From positions 558,001-622,000 of the forward strand of contig CAKKNE010000006.1 in the NCBI GenBank assembly GCA_918797485.1: a DNA stretch of 64,000 nucleotides. Direction: 5' to 3'. The notes under the pieces were generated by a model, which had not been told where the DNA came from, made no database searches, and saw nothing but the letters and a program-made list of their open reading frames with translations. Positions within the stretch are counted from its first letter, which is position 1. Each line of letters opens with the position of its first letter. A program made the position numbers and the translations under genes. Of this stretch, positions 1-10,076 are shown piece by piece. This DNA comes from Pelagomonas calceolata (Eukaryota).

Positions 1-129
1 TCGACGTTCGCGGCGGCCTAGGCTACCTCTCCCCCGGCCTTAAGGCACTAGGTCACATTTATCACATAAGTAGGGGCGTGTCGCGGCGACGGCGTGGGCA
101 CACCCGAGTTGCGCGGTCAGAAAAAGCCG

Positions 130-223
130 CACCGCCACGCCGCTGAGCAGGCGTCGCGTCGATGGCGCGCAGGACATGGTTCAGACGTGGGCGGAGAAGC
201 GCCGCGGCATTTGATTTCCACAC
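130..223 (-). mobile_element. Degenerate copy of the introner-like element (partial; left end unresolved)
   Basis: GCACCGCCACGCCGCTGAGCAGGCGTCGCGTCGATGGCGCGCAGGAC aligns to the reverse complement of the 50103-50303 element. TIR-like TTGATTTCCACAC at 211-223. Confidence 0.65.
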
Positions 224-236
224 GTTGACGCCGCCG

Positions 237-1340
237 TCACTGCGCCGGCAGCAGCTCCCGCTTCGGCCTTTTGGGTTTGGACGCGTACAACAAAATCCCG
301 AAGGCGACCGACGCCACGGACGCGAATTTTACGGGAGTGAGACACGCCCTCGCATCGTCCCCACAGAACGCCAATTCGGCAATGCCCACCACAAAAAGCA
401 TCTGCACGCCCCGCGACAGCGTCAATGCGACCGCGCCGGCCCCCGCCAACAGCGCGTAGTGCGCCAGGGCGTGACATAAATCTGCGAACCACAGCGCGAC
501 ATAGACGATGAAGACCGTCGTCGGATCGCCCTGGTGCTTCAAAATGTGCTTCAGGTAGAGTTTATCCGCTCCTCGCGCTAGGAGGAGCACGACGTTATGT
601 GCTAGTAACACCGAGGCCTCGACGCCCCCGACGTATGTGGCTAACCTGAAACTCGTGAGCTCTTCGCCCGCGCTTACGGATTCGGCACAGACTAAGGACA
701 ATGAGTGGAGGGCCGTGCCGCCCAGTATGACGCCAGCGCCGAGCTCGAACCGCCCGAGAGCGCCGTGGCCTGCATCTAGAGCATCTTCTACCGATGCTAG
801 ACCATTCAGGGCCATGCCTAACGTTGCGAGCGCGACGCCGCACCACTGCCTCAGGGAGTAGCGCTTGCCATTTACTGTCGAAAATAACGCCGCGAAGGCC
901 ACTCCACTACTGAAGAGGACCGCATACACTCCAGCGCCCACAAACAGCAGTCCAATCATCACCAGCACGTTCGCGAGAAAATCTAAAAAAGCTACGAAAG
1001 CGACGCGTCTCAGTAATTTGCCCTTCAGGCGCCAGCTCTTTATATATGATACCCAAGACCACTGCTGCCTATCGATGTAGGAGCGCTTTTCACTCAACAG
1101 TAGTTCTCGTAGGGGAGCCACACAAGCAACAGCTAGGGTATTTGCGAGCATCGGTAACATTGCCACACCGGTGGCGCCGTTGGACCGGAGCCAGTCGACG
1201 AGCGTGGGCTGCAGCGCGCCCGAGGCGGCATACGCCAAGGCGCACAGCGCGACGTGAACGTGCCGGCCGCGATTGGTCTTGGCGGCTCCTTTTGGCGTGG
1301 TCGGTTCGTTGTCGTCGGGTTTTCGTAGGTTCCGCTGCAT
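237..1340 (-). CDS. Multi-pass membrane transporter, DMT/EamA (SLC35F/CRT-like) superfamily
   Basis: About 9-10 hydrophobic segments. DMT-like motifs 'DFLANVLVMIGLLFVGAGVYAVLFSSGVAFAALFS' and 'RQWCGVALATLG'. First ATG (MQRNL) at 1340. Confidence 0.7.
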   Translation of the reverse strand: MQRNLRKPDDNEPTTPKGAAKTNRGRHVHVALCALAYAASGALQPTLVDWLRSNGATGVAMLPMLANTLAVACVAPLRELLLSEKRSYIDRQQWSWVSYIKSWRLKGKLLRRVAFVAFLDFLANVLVMIGLLFVGAGVYAVLFSSGVAFAALFSTVNGKRYSLRQWCGVALATLGMALNGLASVEDALDAGHGALGRFELGAGVILGGTALHSLSLVCAESVSAGEELTSFRLATYVGGVEASVLLAHNVVLLLARGADKLYLKHILKHQGDPTTVFIVYVALWFADLCHALAHYALLAGAGAVALTLSRGVQMLFVVGIAELAFCGDDARACLTPVKFASVASVAFGILLYASKPKRPKRELLPAQ

Positions 1341-1837
1341 CGTGCCGCTCTTCGGCTGTCGGGTGTGCAGCTCTGCGTATATTGATGCGTCCTCGGTGCG
1401 CGTCCAGGCTAGGTTCGACGTTGTGCGGTTGTCGGTGCAAACTCTGGGCAACTAGAAAGAGCCGCGTCAAAAGTCAGCAATGAAAACTGCACGATGTGGC
1501 GCTCAGATATTGCTAGCAAGCAGCCACCGCAAGTGATTCATGCGATAGTATGCGACGATATACGGCTGGCAAAAATCGGCTGCTGGTCGAGACGGGTTTT
1601 TCCCAGATCGAAGCATCCGTCCGGGCCGACGCCACGGACGCATCCACACATAGAAACGAATCGCAGGCACGAGCTGGCAGGGCCCGCAGCGCCGGCCCGC
1701 ACCGTTTGGCAAGCGTTGCCGACGAAGCGAGTAAAACAGCCGCGCGGAGGCAGCCTTTCGGCCATCGCCGTCTTCGGCAGCACCGCACGGTCGCGCGCGC
1801 ACGCCGGGCCAACGCACGGGCTGCCCGCGCGTTCACC

Positions 1838-3305
1838 ATGGCCACGCGCTTCCTCGAGGTCCGCCTGAGTGGCATCGGCCCCGACGCCTTCGATGCGGCC
1901 GCCTTCTATAAATCACAGCTCCAGGCCACACGGACCGTGCAAGTCGCGCGCGTCGAGAAGGGGATGAAGGGCGGCACGAAGATTTTGCTTAGTGGCGACG
2001 CCCGCGAGTGCACGCAGCTCTTCATTAAGTATCAATCAAAGACGCGCTTCATCCACCAGGGCTCTCAGGTGCAAATGTGGGCGCCGAACGCTCCATTACA
2101 TCAAGCTCCTGTATCAAAGCAGAAAAAGCCTTCGAGACCCACGGCGTCGCAGTCGGACGCAGTGCGCAATCAATTCCGAGCTTCACGCCATCGACGCGAC
2201 GTCTTTTGCACACAGGTCGTTCTCGCGCACGCGACGCGCGTCGGCGAAGGCGCCGCGGTCCATGGTCGATATTATTGATGATTTAGGGCACGACATCTTA
2301 CCGTTGCAACGGGCTTTCGACGAGGAATGTGCCGTAGACGAGCGGACGCCTACGTTGAATACACGTAGCAGAGGCGCTCGCTCCGCAAGTGGTGTGGAAG
2401 ACGACGCGCAGGTCATCCCGCTGCAAGGCGCGTTGCGAGCTTTACGTAGAGCAGGCACGGAAGTGTCCAGTAAGCAGGCCGAGGACGCGCTGAAGGCGAT
2501 GGGCGCGGAAGATCGGAGGCTCACGCTCGGATTTGACGACTTTTTGCGGTTGCACGACATGGCCCGTGGTTCCAAGAATGCTGGGACGCGTAAAATCTTC
2601 CAGCGGTCCGTGCTGGTCGATGGGAATAGATCAAGGGCGGAGACTAATGTTGAGGCCGTGTTAGGGGAGGGGAAAATTGCCCGCGGGAGCCTGCTCGCGG
2701 CGACGCTGACGGCGTCCCTGAACTTCGAGGCGGACGCTGAGGATGACGAAAACAAAGCTGAGGAGGAGGAGGAGCCCGAGGTCATCAAGGGGACCGTCCG
2801 CGAGGAGACCATTGGGAGAAATACTGTACGCGAGGAGGCGCCGCCGACGCGACCGCGACCCAAAACGCAACGTTTGAAAGACGCCTTCGGCAAGCACGAC
2901 CTGTACGGCGACGCCGCCGCGCCGGGCGAAATCTCCTGGTCGTCGTTACCTGCCGCTTTAGCGGAAGCCTGGGGCCGCCAGGGGCCGTCGCCGCAGGAAT
3001 GCGTGAGAGCGGCCGCTTCCATAGATATCCCGCCGCACTACCCCGTGTCGCTGGCGGACTTCAAGCGGCTGTCCGAGGCCCTGAAAGGTAGGTTCGAAGC
3101 CGAACGTGTGGAAAGGAAGAAGGATTTCGACGACCAAGTGACTTCCAGGGTCGATACCCAGCGCGTGTCCTTCGGCACGACGAAGCGCGCGGCGACGATC
3201 AAGGAAGAACCGGGCGTCGCGAAGCACGACGACGCCACGGAGCCGATGATGGACCCCGAGATTCGAAGCATTCGACGGCTGGCGATGAAGCAGAGGTATG
3301 GTTAA
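1838..3305 (+). CDS. Hypothetical protein with degenerate EF-hand-like segments; 2 exons (intron 2152-2215)
   Basis: ORFs 1550..2278 and 1992..3305 join in frame on removing a 64-nt GT..CACAG intron (...TASQ|SFSRTRR). 'LGFDDFLRL' and 'VSLADFKRL' resemble EF-hand exits. Confidence 0.6.
2152..2215 (+). mobile_element. 64-nt introner-derived intron
   Basis: GTCGGACG (decayed TSD; GTCGTTCT on the other side), then CAGTGCGCAA...TTGCACACAG TIR remnants. Core ACGCCATCGACGCG at 2185-2198. Removal restores the frame. Confidence 0.75.
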
Positions 3306-5641
3306 ATTTTCTGGAAATACGCGTGCGTCTCGTAGCCCCCTCTCCCGCCAATAGCATCGATCGTCGGGTGCGGCGCCGGCAGGACGTGGAGTTCCTCGGG
3401 CTTGCCTTGCAAGAAGTCGCGGCACGCGTCGTAGGCCCCCGGAAAGATGCCGTGGCGCGGCAAGTCCGGAGAGGTCACGTCGTCGACCACACAAATAGCG
3501 CCCGGGGCCAACCTGTCGTAGATGAGCTCGAGCGCGTCCGTGATCGACGCGTAGAGGTCGCCGTCGACGTGGGCAAAGCTCAGTTGCGACGGCACCTCAC
3601 CTTGCATCGAGGCGAACCAGCCCTTATGTATTGTGGGCTCCGGTAGATCTAGCTTCCGAAAAGTGTCCCGCACATCATCAGGCGAGCAACACATCGCTCC
3701 GGCAGTCTGATACGCAGGCGGGTCCTCGGCCGTGCCTTGTGGCAGCCCCTCGAAGGAGTCGTAGACGTGCAACGGCGTCGCCGGCCGGTGCGCCCTTAAT
3801 ACACTCTGCAATAACGCCGCCGTGACACCTTTATTACAACCTGTGCACAAATCAACCAGTGAGTCGAATGCTCCGCCACACCGTCGAGCTGGCGTCGCGT
3901 CGATGGCGTGGAGGCCATTAGGACGCGCCGCGACAATTTATGCACTGGTCATAACCGAGCTCCGCAACCGCGCCCGGTACGTTACGGTCGATCGTCCGCC
4001 GCAGCAGCCAGTAGATGTTGAGGAGCTTGCCCTCGCCGGCCATGTTGCCTTCCACATCTTGTAACGCGGCGCAAAGGAGCGGGCTGCCGTCCCGTACCGC
4101 TTTTTGTACAGCTTCTGAGGACGGCACTTGCTTCGTCGTGCCTTGCTGTTGATACGCTGATAGAGCAAAGGTCAAGAATGAAGGCACATCTAGCCCGCGT
4201 TGGCGCGCGTCGAAGGCCAGTTGTTCATAGGTCGCGACTTGCTGGCGCGGTCCGCTCCCTCTCCAATCTTGTAGAGCGAGGTCCGTCCGCGCCGACCCGC
4301 CGCGGCAGCCGCTCCACAGTTGTGAAACATCCGTCTGGGTCTTGACCGGCAGCCGTCGCACGAGAGGGAGTACTGATGCCGTCGCGATTCTCAGTAGAGA
4401 TGGAGCGTAGAAGCGCAACCTCAGACCTAATGTAGCGAGCGCCGCCCGTTTTTTCTGTTTAGGGGCCGGCCGCCAGCTGATGACCAAATTCCCCGGCGCC
4501 GTCAGAGGCAGCTCGTCCGCGACAGAGACCTGTGTGTGATATATGTCGAGTCGCGATCTCGCCCCCAACGCGTTCGGCGAGTCGCGTCGATGGCGCGTCG
4601 ATGGCGTAAGGCCGCCGGAAGGCCACAGGACGCCGCGATCAGTACCTCGCGGCCGCGCCTCTCCATCAAAGACGCGAACTCCGTGCCGTTCATCGCCTCC
4701 GCGTGGACGCCGTGGTTCCAAGTGACAAAGCCGTAGGGCGTGCGCTGGGCGAGCCTTACCTGCGCGGAGCATGGCGGTCGCTCGACTCGGTCCGAACGGC
4801 CCCAAAATCGGAAAAGAAACCACCCACGACCTCCTCTCCCGGAGACGAGTCGCGTCGATGGCGTGAAGGCGCCGCAGCACCGCGGGAAGGCGTCTCTACA
4901 CGACGGGACGCCGAGTCTTACATAAGGTTTCTGGATCTTTCTAGGTAACTCGGAAAGCGCAAAGTTCGAATGGAACACATCAAATTTCTCCTGGAACAAG
5001 TCGTGGTCCCTCAGAAAGCGCTTGCCCGTCGTGAAGCGCTTCGAGCGGTCCGGTGGGAGTGCTCGTTGAATATACTTCCTGCATAATCGCTGCACTACTC
5101 TCAGATCGAGCACGCGATAGTGGGCAGCGGCTCGCTCCCCGGCCAGACAGACCTGGGCCTGGCCGCCGTAGCCGCCGCCTATTTCCACAATTTTTTTGTC
5201 TGTCAGTGGACCACAAACTTGTTCCATATCACCTCTGACGCAGACGTACCGCAGCTGCGTCGGCGAGACATTTCCCCATTCATTGTAGTCGTAAGTGGAG
5301 GGCGAGCCGAGTTTTGACGATAGCGTGACCGCTTCTCGAATGCCCTCGTCTTCGAAAAGTGACGGGTGGTCTATTTTGAGGCGGTGCTCGTAGCACCTAC
5401 CGACATCATAGGAGACGTGTTCTAGGACGTCTTGGTAGGCCGCTTGGGCTTTGAATTGTGAGAACGCTTCGTCGTCGTCGCAGGCTCGCTGGCAGACTCG
5501 TTCGTACTCGGCGTAGCGGTCGGCCAACGTATCAGCGTTGTCGTACACAAAAGGCTGCGTGCTCGCTTTTAGGGCGGTGCGGTGGCGTAGTGGTGCTAAT
5601 GCAGTGCACAGCGGCAGGAGCAGTGCGGTTATGCGACGCAT
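3302..5641 (-). CDS. Secreted/plastid-targeted tandem methyltransferase: putative sugar O-methyltransferase domain + TylF/MycF-like O-methyltransferase; 4 exons (introns 4760-4921, 4530-4645, 3841-3955)
   Basis: N-terminal signal-like MRRITALLLPLCTALAP. SAM motif IVEIGGGYGGQ and SNFALSEL. After splicing, VAELG|CNKG, YDSFEGLP, KGWF, HVDGDLY, VDD (TylF signatures). Frames of the three ORFs reconcile with intron lengths 162/116/115. Confidence 0.75.
3841..3955 (-). mobile_element. 115-nt introner-derived intron
   Basis: Minus strand GTTATGAC-CAGTGCATAAAT...CGACTCACTGGTTGATTTGTGCACAG. The 3' end nearly matches the 50103-50303 element. Core motif at 3896-3909. Removal restores AELG-CNKG. Confidence 0.85.
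4530..4645 (-). mobile_element. ~116-nt introner-derived intron (alternative GC donor at 4636 gives the same frame)
   Basis: GTACTG...CACACAG on the minus strand. Tandem core motif at 4583-4607. Removal joins RGRE|VSVADELP. Confidence 0.7.
4760..4921 (-). mobile_element. 162-nt in-frame, stop-free introner-derived intron
   Basis: Flanking direct repeat GAGCCTTAC (4751-4759) / GAGTCTTAC (4913-4921). GTAAGA donor lies in the repeat; GCGCAG acceptor. Core motif at 4851-4864. Translated duplication VRL...VRL. Confidence 0.8.
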
Positions 5642-5920
5642 GGCTGCACTAGGTGCTTGTGCTGCAGCAGTGACGGCAGCACGAGCCGTGAGCGCTCGGA
5701 ATTGATTGATGCACAGTACGGTGGTGCTGCGAGGCAGGTCAGCGCCGTGTGTAGCGCACCGCTGGCGTCGCACGCGCTCGGCCACACTCGACACTCAACC
5801 TCAGCTGCCAAGGCTTGGCTCGGCTGGCGTAGGACCCTTCCACTCGTCATCGCGGGCAGGATGAGTCGTGGGGAACCCCAAAATGCGACTGCTATTTCGA
5901 TCTTGGAAAACCCGTGCGTG

Positions 5921-5942
5921 CTAGTGTCTTACTGGACGCTAG
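5921..5942. promoter_or_regulatory. CTAG-bounded conserved upstream element (copy 1), divergent promoter
   Basis: CTAGTGTCTTACTGGACGCTAG between starts 5641(-) and 6080(+). Confidence 0.65.
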
Positions 5943-6079
5943 CGTGCTCGGGACTCGAACTGGAGTGTTATCCAGCGAATTATAAGCTGCGGGTGGCCAA
6001 TTTTCACATCAAAATCTCCCACCAGCTGTCCTATGGCACTGTGCACGTTTGCAGCCGAAACGGCCGACTAGTCGCCACG

Positions 6080-9000
6080 ATGAGTTTTGAAAAGGGCGAC
6101 GTGTCGTCGTCCCCGACCGATGACGCGGCGCCGGAGGGCGAGCCGGCGCCTGACGCCGCGCCATTGCCACCGCCCCCCGTGCCGGCGTTCCTGGAGGGCG
6201 TTTCCGCACCGACAGAGCCTCTCGCGCCGAGCACGGTCACCGCGCCTTCTACGGTCGAGGAGCTCCCGGCCGCCGCGGCGCCGCCGCCGGCCGCCGCGCC
6301 GCCGTGGGCCAGCGGGCCGCCGCCTCCAGCCGCCGCGCCGCCGCCGGCCGCCGCGCCGCCGCCGCCGGCCGCGGCCGCCAAGCCGCCGTGGGCCTGCGGC
6401 CCGCCGGCGCCGTCGAGCCCGGAGCCGCCGCCGCTCCCGGCCTCCGTTATCGCGCGCGCGTCGCCGCTCGGCGCCACGCTGCCACGAGCGTCGCCGCCGC
6501 GGGTCCCGGTCGTGACCCAGGCGTCGCCCCTGCCGGTGCCGGCGGCGCCGCAGCCCGCCGTGACCGTGCCGCGAGCATTACGCGAGCTCGCCGCGCACAA
6601 CACGCCCGCGACCACGACGGCGCTGATGGCGGCCGCCGCGCCACCGCCACCTCCACCAGTGACCGGCCTGCGCTTCAAGGGCGGCGTGTCCTCGGAAACG
6701 GCCGCGGCGCTGCAGCGCGCGGGCGCGGCGCCGCCGCCCCCGGCCGCCGCGGCGTCCGCGCGGCCGCCGTGGGCCTCAGGACCACCGGCGCCGCCGTACA
6801 GCGTCGGCGATTTGGTGGAGGTCAAGCCCGACTGGTCGCCGGGCTGCAACCGCGAGGGCGGCCCCGGCCGCGTCACCGCCGTCAACAGCGACGGCACGTA
6901 CGACGTCAAGTACTCGTTGGGGAGAGGCACGATGCAGGGCGTCCCGCTCGCAGACATGTCCATCCCGTCCAAGCAGAGCCAGGGCCCGGGCGAGGCCGCG
7001 AAACGGTCGCGGCGACGGCAGCCGACGCGGCGCTTCAGCGAGCTGGCCCAGGACGGCCAGAACTACGGCGAGCCCTCGGACGAGCCGCCGCCGCCTCCCA
7101 AACGACGGCCGAAGAAGAAGCGGGCCCTCGCGGTGGCCATGGGCACTGATCTTAGACCTGCGGCGGCGTTACAGAAGCCCGCTGCCGTTGCGCAGCCGTC
7201 CCGACCAAAAGATCCTCCGTTACCTCCGGGCTTGTGGGGCTCGTCCGAAGCACTCGTGTTCAACACTACGAACCCGAAGCGGGGCATGTCCGCCGAAAGG
7301 TATGATAGGTACAAGGCGGCGACTACTGTTGCCGAGTTCGCTCAACTAGGTGGGTCTACTTCCGACTTGAGGTTTGACTTAGCGCGAGGGTATGCTCGCG
7401 TCCTCAACCCGGCGATGCAGCCCGCGCCGTCGTCGCCGCGAGGTCGGCGGTGTGGTGTCTGTGCCGGTTGTCTCGCGCAGGACTGCCGGCAGTGCCCGTT
7501 CTGTCTAGATCAAAAACGCTACGGCGGGCCCGGCAAATTACATAGGACGTGTCAACGACGGAACTGCGAGGCGCCATTACCGTCCGCACCTCCTCCGAAT
7601 GGTGTCAAGCGCAAGGCACCCGTTGTTCAAGAGCCGAAGAAGCGAGGCCGGAAGCCCGCGGCGAAAGCACCCCCGGTAGCACCGAAGCCGGCGCCGAAAC
7701 GATCCCCCCAGAAGGTGCCGGATAGAGCAGGCTTGGAAGCGAGGATGACCGCCGACGGCTGGACGCGCGAGGAGAAGCCTCGCGAGGGCTCGACGCACGT
7801 CGACAAGTACTTCGTGCCTCCGAACGGTGGGAAGAAGCTACGCTCCATCCTGGAGGTGGCCCGCGCCCACTACCCGTCGTTCATTGTCCAACAGAAGGTG
7901 GCACCGCCTCGACCGCTGACGGGGACCTCCGCTCCTGGTCATGTGTGGAACCAGAACGAGCCGGAGGTCGACGAATTAACTGGTGTCGCCTACCAGCCGT
8001 GTGGGGTGTGCAAAGGTAAAAAAGGTGGCGAGTTATTGATGTGCGACGGGAAGGATGGGACTTGTGATAGGACGGCGCATACGGGCTGCTTAAATAAAGA
8101 ATTTCCGCCCGAGGGCGACTGGTTCTGCGCCCAGTGCCGCGCGGCGGCGCAGATCGCGTCGGCGCCGCCCTTCAAGAAGCCCACGAAGAAACGTAAAAGT
8201 GCTGCGAAGAAGGCTGCCGATCTACAACGGTTGGGTCCCGAGCCCCGCGTGCGGTTTAACGATAGCGTGACGGTGATCCAGTGGAAGGCGGCGCCCCGGG
8301 CGGCACCGCGGAAGCGCGGCGAGCCCGTGCTGGAGGACGACGCTACTCGAAGGGCCATTGCGGCCTCTCTGGCTCAGTATAATGATGATGATGGTAGCGA
8401 GTACTCTGATGACTCCGAGGAGCCCGACGACGACGACGGCGGCGAGTGGTCGCCTGACGTTCCAGCGCCTGTTGTTCAGAAGAAGAAGCCTGTGGTGAAG
8501 AAGTCGCCGCCGCCGCCGCCGCCGGCCGTGCTCGAACCGTTACGAGTGCCATCACAACGCTTCGCCGTCGGCGCTAGAGTAGAAGCGCGCTGGGAGGGCG
8601 AGTGGTGGCCGGCCATCGTCGACCAGGTCTGCGAGGACGCCTACGAGGTCGAGTGGGTCGAGGAGCCCGAGGTTTTTAATCGGCTGGATCTGGAGGACGT
8701 GCGGGCCGCTCGAGCGTCGCCCCACTTCGTGGCCGCGCCGCCGACCGTGCCGCCGGCCTGGACTAATGCAGCAGCCGCGCTCGCTACGAGTTCTCCGCCG
8801 TCGAAGGGCGGTACAATACGGCAGCCGTCGCCGCTCGCGGCCTCTCCCACGCGCGTGGTCTCGCGGTCGCCTCCACCTGTTGTACAAGCGCCGCCCTCGC
8901 CGACTGCTGTTCCCGCCGCGACGGGCCGCTGGGCTCCTGCCGCGCCGCCCGCGCCTTCCGCTCCGGCGACGTGGCCGCCGCGCGCGCCGCCGGCGCCATT

Positions 9001-9205
9001 ATTACCGATGGCCGTCGCGCCGCCGCCGTCCGTGCCGCCGCTCTGGCCGGCCGGGGCCGCGCCGCCTCCAATTGATGAGCCGAACGGGACGCCGCGGCGA
9101 CCACCTCCGCCGGACGTGGAGATGACGCCGCGCGCCGAGCACGACGCGTCGCCCGGCGCGACGCCCTCCTTCGCACAGCCACGCGCGCTCGATGATGATG
9201 TCTAA
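6080..9205 (+). CDS. Proline-rich multi-domain chromatin reader: Tudor/Agenet-like, CXXC zinc finger, MBD-like, PHD finger, Tudor
   Basis: CGVCAGC..DCRQCPFCLD..RYGGPG..C..RNC (CXXC). GWTREEKPRE..HVDKYFVPPNGGKKLRS (MBD-like). CGVC..GELLMCDG..CDRTAHTGC..PEGDWFCAQC (PHD). FAVGARVEARWEGEWWPAIV (Tudor). Confidence 0.8.
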   Translation: MSFEKGDVSSSPTDDAAPEGEPAPDAAPLPPPPVPAFLEGVSAPTEPLAPSTVTAPSTVEELPAAAAPPPAAAPPWASGPPPPAAAPPPAAAPPPPAAAAKPPWACGPPAPSSPEPPPLPASVIARASPLGATLPRASPPRVPVVTQASPLPVPAAPQPAVTVPRALRELAAHNTPATTTALMAAAAPPPPPPVTGLRFKGGVSSETAAALQRAGAAPPPPAAAASARPPWASGPPAPPYSVGDLVEVKPDWSPGCNREGGPGRVTAVNSDGTYDVKYSLGRGTMQGVPLADMSIPSKQSQGPGEAAKRSRRRQPTRRFSELAQDGQNYGEPSDEPPPPPKRRPKKKRALAVAMGTDLRPAAALQKPAAVAQPSRPKDPPLPPGLWGSSEALVFNTTNPKRGMSAERYDRYKAATTVAEFAQLGGSTSDLRFDLARGYARVLNPAMQPAPSSPRGRRCGVCAGCLAQDCRQCPFCLDQKRYGGPGKLHRTCQRRNCEAPLPSAPPPNGVKRKAPVVQEPKKRGRKPAAKAPPVAPKPAPKRSPQKVPDRAGLEARMTADGWTREEKPREGSTHVDKYFVPPNGGKKLRSILEVARAHYPSFIVQQKVAPPRPLTGTSAPGHVWNQNEPEVDELTGVAYQPCGVCKGKKGGELLMCDGKDGTCDRTAHTGCLNKEFPPEGDWFCAQCRAAAQIASAPPFKKPTKKRKSAAKKAADLQRLGPEPRVRFNDSVTVIQWKAAPRAAPRKRGEPVLEDDATRRAIAASLAQYNDDDGSEYSDDSEEPDDDDGGEWSPDVPAPVVQKKKPVVKKSPPPPPPAVLEPLRVPSQRFAVGARVEARWEGEWWPAIVDQVCEDAYEVEWVEEPEVFNRLDLEDVRAARASPHFVAAPPTVPPAWTNAAAALATSSPPSKGGTIRQPSPLAASPTRVVSRSPPPVVQAPPSPTAVPAATGRWAPAAPPAPSAPATWPPRAPPAPLLPMAVAPPPSVPPLWPAGAAPPPIDEPNGTPRRPPPPDVEMTPRAEHDASPGATPSFAQPRALDDDV

Positions 9206-9232
9206 CCAACCGATCGTTTTATTACTACTCAT

Positions 9233-9613
9233 CTAGGCCATGAAGACGAAGTAGCCCCCGACCGCCGCGACCAGCGCCCCGGCGACGGCCACAAGCAGGA
9301 AGGAGTCGCCGTTCCCGGTATGCGCCGGCGCCCGCAGCGCCTGGAGCTCCTCCTCCGTCGCGTCGAGCGTGCCGACCAAGAACTCCTTGAGCTGCTGCCG
9401 CGCGTTCATCGAGTGGCCGATGTCCTCGAACATGTCGTCGGCGTATTTGCCGGCCAGTTCCAGTAACACGGCGTCGCCGCCCGGATGCTCGTCAAGGTAC
9501 TTCGTCACATCATACACCTTGGCGCCGCCCGTCCTTTCATTCCCGATGATCAAATAGCAGTCCTCTTCTCGGTCGTGGGCCGCGACCTCCGCTAATGTTA
9601 GAGTTTTGCTCAT
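9233..9613 (-). CDS. CYB5: Cytochrome b5, tail-anchored
   Basis: KVYDVTKYLDEHPGG and FEDIGHS heme-binding motifs; C-terminal TM helix. Confidence 0.95.
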   Translation of the reverse strand: MSKTLTLAEVAAHDREEDCYLIIGNERTGGAKVYDVTKYLDEHPGGDAVLLELAGKYADDMFEDIGHSMNARQQLKEFLVGTLDATEEELQALRAPAHTGNGDSFLLVAVAGALVAAVGGYFVFMA

Positions 9614-10076
9614 TTTTCAGTGCTTTGTGGCGCCGACGCGCTTGCAGCGGGTGCGACGACTCTTGCTGCACCGTAGGCGGCCAGGCTTGTTGCCCTCGCA
9701 GCCTGATTTTGTGTAGTTTGATGTTGTGCCACTGTGCCCACACAGCTGCTGCAATGACCACAGTTGTTGATGAACTCACTTCCGCAGCAAAGTATGAGTA
9801 TGTAGCGCTGCTCGAATGCGTCAGCGGTGCTTCTCGCTGCCCTACTGAGGCGGCTGCAGCGGTGTTGGCATAAGACTTGACACCAACTTTTGTCAAATTT
9901 GGGCGGAGGCGTCTTGGGTCTGCGGTATCCCTGAGGAAGCCCTTTGACCAATAGAGGACGAGATAGGCGCCGAAAAAAGCCAAAAAATGGAAACGCGGGC
10001 CGCGCCCCGCGCGTCCACCAACTCAAGCGAGACAACCCCCCAAACGCCATCGACGTGAGTCAACAACACACACTAG

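Noticed and set aside
35..51. CGGCCTTAAGGCACTAG partial match to the upstream element
   Set aside because: Lacks the first CTAG at the right spacing and its context lies outside the window.
5657..6079. Long N-terminal extensions from non-ATG starts in the ORF track (also 36516, 40399, 54577)
   Set aside because: Eukaryotic gene; the extensions run through promoter-like GCA-rich sequence. First plausible ATG used instead.
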